A stretch of 64,000 nucleotides of DNA. Origin: Acutalibacteraceae bacterium (lineage in GTDB: Bacteria > Bacillota > Clostridia > Oscillospirales > Acutalibacteraceae). The stretch covers positions 768-64,767 of the forward strand of contig JAZNPG010000138.1 of assembly GCA_045589555.1 (NCBI GenBank). Direction: 5' to 3'. A model generated the notes under the pieces. The model did no database searches, was not told where the DNA came from, and was given only the letters and a program-made list of their open reading frames with translations. The position numbers and the translations under genes are program-made. How positions within the stretch are numbered: the stretch's first letter is position 1; each line of letters starts with the position of its first letter. This document shows, piece by piece, positions 17,789 to 24,416 of this stretch.

Positions 17789-19024
17789 TCAAATTTCCTG
17801 ATGATAGCCCATCAGCTTAAGCTTGAAATCATTGATAAGCGGATTTTCAGTTCGCTTGAGTCCGCCCGAAACCTTTTCAAGGGTTGAATTTTCGTCCTCT
17901 TCAAAAACATAAAGGGGATTAAGCATGATTTCACCGTTCTTATATCCCACAACCTCACAGATTTCCATGGTTTTTCTTGAATGATCTCTGAGCCTTGAAA
18001 GGTGAATGATGATATCAACCGCCGATGCAATCTGTTGCCTGATAGCCTCAAGCGGAAGGCCGTCAGCTCCCTGAAGAACCATTGTTTCAAGACGGCTGAG
18101 CATATCTTTAACGGAGTTTGCGTGGCCTGTTGAAAGCGAGCCGTCATGGCCGGTATTCATAGCCTGAAGCATATCCAGAGCTTCACCGCCTCTGACTTCG
18201 CCGACTACAATTCTTTCAGGACGCATTCTCAGCGAAGATTTGATGAGGTCTCTGATTGTTATTGCACCCGAGCCCGAAGCATTTGCGTTTCTTGTTTCAA
18301 GGCTTACAAGGTTATCTATATTAACAATCTGGAGTTCCGCCGAGTCCTCAATGGTAATAACACGTTCATCCTTGGGAATGTAGTTTGAAAGGGCGTTAAG
18401 GAAGGTTGTTTTACCTGAGCCCGTACCGCCGCTGATAAAAATGTTGTATTTTGCTTTAACAAGAATTTCCAGCTTGTCCGCAATCTCCTGCGTTATTGAG
18501 CCGAACTTGATAAGCTGCTGAATCGTCATCGGAGTTTTGGAGAATTTACGGATTGTAACAGTCGGTCCGCACAGCGCAATGGGCGGAAGAACAACGTTAA
18601 CACGGGAGCCGTCAGGCAAACGGGTATCAACAATGGGATTCGCCTGGTTGACTTCTCTGCCGGCGAGTCCAACGATTCGCTGAATAATATCCGTAAGCTG
18701 CTTTTCGGATTCAAAGCGGCGTTCTTCTTTGATAAGCTTACCTGCTTTTTCGATGAAAACATTATTTTCGCCGTTTATCATAACTTCTGTTATGGAATCA
18801 TCTTTCAGAATACTGTCAAGAAGACCAAAGCCTCTGATTGAATCGAAAACACCCTCTGCAATCTGTGCCTTAACAGCAATGGGTAAATAAATATCTTTGC
18901 AGAACTGCTGGGTGATATTATCGATTTTCTCTTTCAGCTCATCATCTGAAAGCTGCTTCATAACAACGTTATCAACAACATACGCTTTTATCTTTTTTTC
19001 AAGCTCTTCGTATCTGTGATCCAC
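17789..19024 (-). CDS. tadA: CpaF/TadA-type pilus assembly ATPase
   Basis: GTG start with a GGAGG RBS. Walker A ISGGTGSGKTTFLNAL, ITIEDSAELQ, and RPERIVVGEVRGGEALDMLQAMNTGHDGSLSTGHANS, typical of CpaF. Confidence 0.9.
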   Translation of the reverse strand: MDHRYEELEKKIKAYVVDNVVMKQLSDDELKEKIDNITQQFCKDIYLPIAVKAQIAEGVFDSIRGFGLLDSILKDDSITEVMINGENNVFIEKAGKLIKEERRFESEKQLTDIIQRIVGLAGREVNQANPIVDTRLPDGSRVNVVLPPIALCGPTVTIRKFSKTPMTIQQLIKFGSITQEIADKLEILVKAKYNIFISGGTGSGKTTFLNALSNYIPKDERVITIEDSAELQIVNIDNLVSLETRNANASGSGAITIRDLIKSSLRMRPERIVVGEVRGGEALDMLQAMNTGHDGSLSTGHANSVKDMLSRLETMVLQGADGLPLEAIRQQIASAVDIIIHLSRLRDHSRKTMEICEVVGYKNGEIMLNPLYVFEEDENSTLEKVSGGLKRTENPLINDFKLKLMGYHQEI

Positions 19025-19086
19025 TTTTCTTCCTCCATTTTGTGTTGTTTTTCATCCAAGAAACAGTATGCAGTGTTTCATAAAGC

Positions 19087-19160
19087 AGACTTTTGGAAAC
19101 AAGTGTGCTATTATATAGTATATTTATAAATATAAAAGGGGTAAGTGTTTCCAAAAGTCT
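19087..19160. repeat. perfect 15-bp inverted repeat bracketing a 44-bp AT-rich candidate promoter of the Tad operon
   Basis: AGACTTTTGGAAACA (19087-19101) and TGTTTCCAAAAGTCT (19146-19160) are exact reverse complements. On the minus strand the spacer contains TATAAT (19115-19110) about 86 nt upstream of the tadA GTG. Confidence 0.8.
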
Positions 19161-19199
19161 ACATTTCAGGACAATTTTTTTGAATATTTTTCCATATAG

Positions 19200-19817
19200 T
19201 TAAACATTTACCATATTACAACATTTCCTGTAGAAAGTTGACGGGCTCATGTTGCACACAGCTGCCGCTTTGCGGACAGAAAGCTCTCCCACAAGAAAAC
19301 TGCTTTTTGCGCTTTCAAAATTTTCCGGCAAATCTTTTGCGGTTCTTCCGAATTTGACTCCCCTGCTTTTGGCGCAGGCTATGCCTTCCGCCTGCCTTTG
19401 TTTTATAAATTCCCTTTCTGTTTGAGCAACATAAGAAAGAATCTGCAAAACAAGGTCGGCAATAAAAACACTTGTCAGATCTCCGTCTTTTTCTCTTGTA
19501 TCAAGCAAAGGGAAATCAATTACAAATATATCTGCTTTTTTGATTTTGGTTATTATTCGCCATTGCTCAAGAATTTCATCATAGTTTCGCCCCAGCCTGT
19601 CAATTGATTTAACAATTACAAGGTCACCCTTTCTAAGCTTCTTGACCATTTTTTCATACTGGGGTCTGTTGAAGTCCTTGCCTGACTGCTTATCAATAAA
19701 AATACTTTTTTCCTTAAGATCCATCTTTTTTACAGCTTCAAGCTGACGGTCAATATTCTGATCCCTGCTTGAAACCCTTATATATCCGTAGTTCATTTGC
19801 CTTTTCTCCTTTTTCAT
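19200..19817 (-). CDS. small serine recombinase (resolvase/invertase family)
   Basis: N-terminus YGYIRVSSRDQNIDRQ (catalytic Ser motif), about 200 aa, C-terminal HTH-like segment (SVRKAAAVCNMSPSTFYRK). Confidence 0.85.
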   Translation of the reverse strand: MKKEKRQMNYGYIRVSSRDQNIDRQLEAVKKMDLKEKSIFIDKQSGKDFNRPQYEKMVKKLRKGDLVIVKSIDRLGRNYDEILEQWRIITKIKKADIFVIDFPLLDTREKDGDLTSVFIADLVLQILSYVAQTEREFIKQRQAEGIACAKSRGVKFGRTAKDLPENFESAKSSFLVGELSVRKAAAVCNMSPSTFYRKCCNMVNV

Positions 19818-19839
19818 AATTTTTTATAACATAATAGCA

Positions 19840-19874
19840 AAAGCTGCGGTTCAGATTCACTGAACTGCAGCTTT
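19840..19874. other. orphan 15-bp-stem hairpin between divergent genes
   Basis: aaagctgcggttcag-attca-ctgaactgcagcttt (one G-T pair). Lies upstream of both the recombinase gene (-) and purC (+), so it terminates no visible gene. Confidence 0.6.
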
Positions 19875-20093
19875 CTGTGTATATTTTAAAAATCCGGGTC
19901 AACCGCTTTTTCACACTCTTGCATACATTTTTGTCATTTTTTATATATCGTCTTATGAATTTTTATGCATTTTTGTGATTTGTCAAAAAATCCTTTTTCG
20001 GTCAAAAAAATTTGCAAAAAAAACTATACAAATCAAAATTTTTGTGATAAAGTAAGGATGTTAAATTACATTCACGTTAAGGAGTGTTGCAAA

Positions 20094-20777
20094 ATGAAAA
20101 AGATTTACGAAGGCAAAACAAAAGACGTTTATTCACTTGACAACGGCAACGTTATGCTCAAGTTCAAGGATGATTGCACAGGCAAAGACGGCGTTTTTGA
20201 TCCCGGTGAAAACAGCGTTGGCCTTACAATCGAAGGCATCGGCAAGGCAAACCTTATTTCTTCCGTACACTATTTTGAACTCCTCAAGAATGCCGGCATC
20301 AAAACTCACTATGTAAGCGCTGATGTTGAAAACGCAACAATGGAAGTTCTTCCCGGCAAGGTTTTCGGTCACGGTCTTGAAGTTATCTGCCGCCTTGTTG
20401 CAACAGGCAGCTTCATCCGCAGATACGGCGAATACATCGCAGACGGCACACCCCTTGAAGGCGGCTATGTTGAATGCACATTCAAAAACGATGCTCTCGG
20501 CGTTCCCCTTGTTACAGGCGAAGGCCTTGCAGCGCTCGGTATTATGAGCCCCGAAATGTTTGAAAGCATGAAGGCTCAGACTCTTGCTATCACAAAGATT
20601 GTTGCCGATGACCTCAAATCAATCGGTCTTGACCTCTGGGATATCAAGTTTGAATTCGGCTATAACAATGACGAAGTTATTCTTATTGACGAAATCGCTT
20701 CGGGCAACATGAGAGTTTATAAGGACGGCAAAATCGTTGACCCCGTTGAACTCACAAAGCTTATCAACAACAGATAA
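20094..20777 (+). CDS. purC: phosphoribosylaminoimidazole-succinocarboxamide (SAICAR) synthase
   Basis: [13 protein letters not shown]... is a typical PurC N-terminus. I moved the start to ATG 20094, after an AAGGAG RBS. Confidence 0.9.
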   Translation: MKKIYEGKTKDVYSLDNGNVMLKFKDDCTGKDGVFDPGENSVGLTIEGIGKANLISSVHYFELLKNAGIKTHYVSADVENATMEVLPGKVFGHGLEVICRLVATGSFIRRYGEYIADGTPLEGGYVECTFKNDALGVPLVTGEGLAALGIMSPEMFESMKAQTLAITKIVADDLKSIGLDLWDIKFEFGYNNDEVILIDEIASGNMRVYKDGKIVDPVELTKLINNR

Positions 20778-20827
20778 TTCAAAAGCCACACCGCTCGGTG
20801 TGGCTTTTCTCGTTTTGTAATATTATT

Positions 20828-21523
20828 TTACGGTTCTGTCGGATTTTCTGCTGCAGGCGGATGCGGAACATAATGCGATTCCTTGTCGATTACAAGCTTG
20901 CCGTCTGAAACCTTGTATCTGACCGCAACCGATTCAATCAGATGCTCTTCCTCGTTTGTGTAATAAAACATCGGAGTGAATTTATATTGTGAGAACAATA
21001 CGTTGTCATACAAGCGGTTCGCAGGAGTATAGACGATAGTAAAAGTTACCGTTATATCATGCGAAAGGGGCTGAATAAGAACGCTGTCCGATTCCTGCGT
21101 TGCTCTCCAGGCAAGCTCTTCCCTCGGATATTTCGCCGTAACGGTGTATTCCGTTACAAGACATTCATCCTCTTCATAGATGAGCGGACCTGCATAGCCG
21201 TTATCGGAGCAGGCATAGTATTTCTTCTGATTTCCGTTTTTATCGGTAAAAACCAAATCCATCATACCGCCGACAAACTCGGCATCGGTGTTTGACTTGC
21301 AATCCTGAAAAACAAAAATCTGCTCATCTCCCTCGATTCTTGTTTCAATAAGATTCACATAATAATCCTCATCGGCTTCGTATTCCCAGACAATTCCTTT
21401 CGCCTCGTCATAAGGCAAAGCAACCTCTGTTTTTTCACCTGTTGCAGCAGCAAACAAATTGCCGAAAATTAGATAAAAAATCATTATCGGGGCAATAAAA
21501 ATCAGCAAAACGGATGTACCCAT
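20828..21523 (-). CDS. membrane-anchored/secreted protein, unknown function
   Basis: I moved the start to ATG 21523 (MGTSVLLIFIAPIMIFYLIF...), after an AGGAGG RBS. The upstream part of the track ORF lies in promoter/repeat DNA. Confidence 0.5.
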   Translation of the reverse strand: MGTSVLLIFIAPIMIFYLIFGNLFAAATGEKTEVALPYDEAKGIVWEYEADEDYYVNLIETRIEGDEQIFVFQDCKSNTDAEFVGGMMDLVFTDKNGNQKKYYACSDNGYAGPLIYEEDECLVTEYTVTAKYPREELAWRATQESDSVLIQPLSHDITVTFTIVYTPANRLYDNVLFSQYKFTPMFYYTNEEEHLIESVAVRYKVSDGKLVIDKESHYVPHPPAAENPTEP

Positions 21524-21551
21524 TTTTGTCCTCCTTTGTTTTGATGAACCG

Positions 21552-21580
21552 ATTATAATACAAACAAACAGCGATATCAA
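21552..21580 (-). promoter_or_regulatory. sigma-A-type promoter candidate for 20828..21523
   Basis: Minus strand reads TTGATA (21580-21575), 17 nt, TATAAT (21557-21552). Confidence 0.5.
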
Positions 21581-21767
21581 CCAATCCGACTTTACAGCTT
21601 GCGGAAATGCCATGTAAAGCAGAGTTTACAATGTGTTTCTGACGGCACCTTCGGGTATGGGCGGATATCATCCTCCCGAAAAACAAGCGGCGAGATAAGA
21701 GTGTCCCGCCCTGCCTTGAAATTTACTCTTTATTATTTATTCAATATTCTTTCTTCTTTAATCAAAC

Positions 21768-21866
21768 GGGCGATTCGTGAATCGCCCCTACGCACGAACA
21801 CAACAAATATATAATCGGTCATAGGTGTAGCCTATCCTTAACTATTCACTCTCAATTATTCACTAA
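21768..21866 (+). repeat. intergenic repeat family copy A (GC hairpin + CTAC, then TTCAC-rich tail)
   Basis: gggcgattcgtgaatcgcccctac (21768-21791), then aactattcactctcaattattcactaa (21840-21866). Near-identical to 30580-30640. Confidence 0.8.
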
Positions 21867-21891
21867 AAAACGGCAGGAGCAAGCCCCTGCC
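21865..21891 (-). terminator. intrinsic terminator of the phosphohexomutase gene
   Basis: Minus strand reads ggcaggggcttgctcctgcc followed by gtttttt, starting 7 nt after the stop. Confidence 0.65.
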
Positions 21892-21897
21892 CTTAAA

Positions 21898-23307
21898 TCA
21901 AATCTCAAGAAAATCCCTGAAAGCCGCAATGTATTTTGCTGCGGCTTCTTTTGTGCTGCTCTCTGCAAAAATGCGCAGCAGCGGCTCTGTACCCGAGAAG
22001 CGGCAGATTACAAAACTTCCGTCTGCAAAATAAACCTTGCAGCCGTCCTCATAGTTAACCTTTTCGATTTCAACGCCGAAATCGGGGAGCTTCTTTTCAA
22101 CCATAATTATGTTTTCGATTACGCTCTTATATTCGGGCGCAAAACGCAGGTTATCCTCAACCATTTCAAATTTGCCGAAATCCGCTTCAAGCTCGTTCAT
22201 AATCTGTGTGGGAGATTTGCCCGTAACGCTCACCATTTCAGCAAAAAGCGATGCAGCATAAATAGAGTCCTTGCCGTGAATATGTCCTCTTACGGTAAGA
22301 CCGCCCGAGGATTCGCCGCCGAGCACGGCATCAACCTCATCGATTTTGGATGAAATATACTTGAAGCCAACAGGCACTTCGTAGCATTTTTCGCCGAAGC
22401 TTTCCGCAATTTTATCAAGCATATGAGTTGTCGCAAGGTTGCGCACAACGGGACCTGTCCAGCCCTTATACTTAACGAGATAGTAGTAAAGCATACAGAG
22501 AATCTCGTTTGCCCCGATATATTTTCCGTTGCTGTCAATGATTCCGAGACGGTCACCGTCACCGTCCATCGCAATGCCGAGGTCGTAGCCCTCTTTGATT
22601 ACGGCATCGCTCAGAGCACTCAGAGTCTGCTCCGTAGGTGCAGGCATCATGCCGCCGAAATAGGCATCTTTGTTAAGATTAATTGTATCAATTGTGCAGC
22701 GTGCGGTATGGAAAATTACCTGCAGCGGATATGTACCCGAGCCGTGCATTGTATCAAAAAGCACTCTCAGACCTCTTTCACGCAGAGCCGCAACATCAAG
22801 CAAATCAAGGATATCATCGATAAATTTATTGAAAGGATTGCGCTGATAAACAATTCTGCCGTCTGCAACGGCTTGGTCAAATTCAACGAATTCAACATTA
22901 TCAGTTTCCGCAATAAGCTGCTCCAGACGCTGTGTTGTTTCAAGAGGAGCATCCCTGCCCTCATCAACTATGAGCTTTATACCGTTATAACTTGAAGGAT
23001 TATGGCTCGCGGTAATTTCTATACCGAAATAAAAACCTTTGTCTTTTACGGTGTGCATGATAAGCGGAGTAGGTGCGGAACGGTTGAGAAACCAGACCTC
23101 AATGCCGCCTGCAGCGAGCACCTCTGCAACCCATTTTGCTGCGCTGTCTGAAAGAAAACGTCGGTCATAGCCGATGATTATCGGCTTATCGGTTTTGCCC
23201 TGCTCCCTTGCAAGCTTCAGAATGCCTGCGGCAACAAGTCGGATATTATCGCAGGTAAAATCATAACCGATAACCGCTCTCCAGCCGCCTGTTCCGAACT
23301 GAATCAT
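21898..23307 (-). CDS. alpha-D-phosphohexomutase (phosphoglucomutase/phosphomannomutase family)
   Basis: TASHNP active-site serine loop and the MDGDGDRLG metal-binding loop. Confidence 0.85.
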   Translation of the reverse strand: MIQFGTGGWRAVIGYDFTCDNIRLVAAGILKLAREQGKTDKPIIIGYDRRFLSDSAAKWVAEVLAAGGIEVWFLNRSAPTPLIMHTVKDKGFYFGIEITASHNPSSYNGIKLIVDEGRDAPLETTQRLEQLIAETDNVEFVEFDQAVADGRIVYQRNPFNKFIDDILDLLDVAALRERGLRVLFDTMHGSGTYPLQVIFHTARCTIDTINLNKDAYFGGMMPAPTEQTLSALSDAVIKEGYDLGIAMDGDGDRLGIIDSNGKYIGANEILCMLYYYLVKYKGWTGPVVRNLATTHMLDKIAESFGEKCYEVPVGFKYISSKIDEVDAVLGGESSGGLTVRGHIHGKDSIYAASLFAEMVSVTGKSPTQIMNELEADFGKFEMVEDNLRFAPEYKSVIENIIMVEKKLPDFGVEIEKVNYEDGCKVYFADGSFVICRFSGTEPLLRIFAESSTKEAAAKYIAAFRDFLEI

Positions 23308-23317
23308 TTAAATCCCC

Positions 23318-23333
23318 CTCAATTATTCACTAA
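23318..23333 (+). repeat. 16-nt direct repeat copy (ctcaattattcactaa), identical to 21851-21866
   Basis: Exact 16/16 identity, read by eye. The two copies flank the phosphohexomutase gene. Confidence 0.8.
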
Positions 23334-23382
23334 TCTTTATTCCGTTTATCATTTTAGCACATTATTTCTCAACATTCTTTCG

Positions 23383-23396
23383 ATATCAGCTGATAT
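23383..23396. promoter_or_regulatory. perfect 14-bp palindrome, candidate operator in divergent promoter region
   Basis: ATATCAGCTGATAT lies between the phosphohexomutase (-) and AraC (+) genes, immediately upstream of a TATAAT (23400-23405). Confidence 0.4.
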
Positions 23397-23421
23397 GTTT
23401 ATAATTTCGGCTCATATTTTG

Positions 23422-23450
23422 TTGCATTTTTATACATCAGGGTTTATAAT
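23422..23450 (+). promoter_or_regulatory. sigma-A-type promoter candidate for the AraC-family gene
   Basis: TTGCAT (23422-27), 17 nt, TATAAT (23445-50). Confidence 0.5.
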
Positions 23451-23488
23451 AAACATATCGCACAAAAAAATAATAAAGGGGTGAGCGC

Positions 23489-24349
23489 ATGGACTATGTC
23501 AGAACAGAGCTTGATTCTCCGCTCGTTATAGACGGCATTTACACAATCCATTATTTTGAATACGCCAAGGATTTTGCCTATTCGGGTGAATTCCATAATT
23601 TCTGGGAAATAGTTTACGCCGATAAAAAGAGCCTTGTTATAACCGCAGGCGCAAGGGAGCTGACGCTGCAGGTAGGGCAGATGTATATTCACAAGCCAAA
23701 CGAATTCCACAAAATCCGCTGCGACGGTACAAGCGCCGCAAACTCGGTTATCCTTTCGTTTGACTGTGCGTGCCCTGAGCTGATGAACATTGCAGGCATT
23801 GTTATCACCTGCTCTGCCGAAGAAAAAACGCTCATGGGCAGAATCATCGAAGAGGCAACCGATGCGTTTTCAACTCCGCTCGGAGCATCTTACACAAGGG
23901 CTATGCAAAAAGCCTCCTCTTCGGAATTCGGCAGCGAGCAAATGATTCGCATTTACCTTGAGCAGCTTCTGATTCAGCTCATCAGAGGCAACAAAAAGCA
24001 GGCGCCGCCGCCAAAAGCAGTCAACAGCTCTCTGATTCTGAAAATATGCGAATTTCTCGAAAACAACCTTGAAAAACGCTTGCAGTTTGAGGATATCCGC
24101 AAGGAATTCGGAGTTTCCGCCGCAGTTATCAAGCGTCTTTTCCATGCCAACATGAACTGCGGAATCATGGAGCATTTCACAAGGCTCAAAATTGATGCGG
24201 CAAAGCAGCTTATCCGCGAAAGTGACCTGAATTTTACCGAAATTGCCGAAAAACTCGGCTTCAACACTCAGCAATATTTCACAACCGTTTTCAGACGTGT
24301 TTCGGGGATGTCACCCTCGGAATATGCAAACTCCGTTAAGAGAAATTAG
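23489..24349 (+). CDS. AraC-family transcriptional regulator (cupin + HTH)
   Basis: The C-terminus (LNFTEIAEKLGFNTQQYFTTVFRRVSGMSPSEY) is a typical AraC HTH. The N-terminal part is cupin-like. Confidence 0.85.
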   Translation: MDYVRTELDSPLVIDGIYTIHYFEYAKDFAYSGEFHNFWEIVYADKKSLVITAGARELTLQVGQMYIHKPNEFHKIRCDGTSAANSVILSFDCACPELMNIAGIVITCSAEEKTLMGRIIEEATDAFSTPLGASYTRAMQKASSSEFGSEQMIRIYLEQLLIQLIRGNKKQAPPPKAVNSSLILKICEFLENNLEKRLQFEDIRKEFGVSAAVIKRLFHANMNCGIMEHFTRLKIDAAKQLIRESDLNFTEIAEKLGFNTQQYFTTVFRRVSGMSPSEYANSVKRN

Positions 24350-24416
24350 GATTATATATTGCATAGCGGAAAAATTTGATATAAAATAAATGTATGAATA
24401 TACAGGAGGAAACAAA

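Noticed and set aside
19087-19160. Reading the inverted repeat as a rho-independent terminator of the recombinase gene
   Set aside because: The loop would be 44 nt, and no U-run follows either arm. It is better explained as an operator or recombination site (see findings).
19965-20093. N-terminal 43 aa of the purC track ORF, and a possible purine riboswitch or PurBox in the purC leader
   Set aside because: The PurC homology begins at MKKIYEGK (ATG 20094), which has its own RBS. The leader is A/T-tract-rich. I could find neither the purine-riboswitch junction sequences nor an AAACGAACATT-type PurBox.
21435-21814. ORFs 21435..21686 (-) and 21599..21814 (+)
   Set aside because: They lie in promoter and repeat-element DNA, and their translations read straight through the GC hairpin (e.g. 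RAIRESPLR). ORF 30433..30696 is the same artefact at copy B.
22423-22995. 190-aa plus-strand ORF
   Set aside because: It is antisense to the phosphohexomutase gene (TASHNP and GDGDR motifs).
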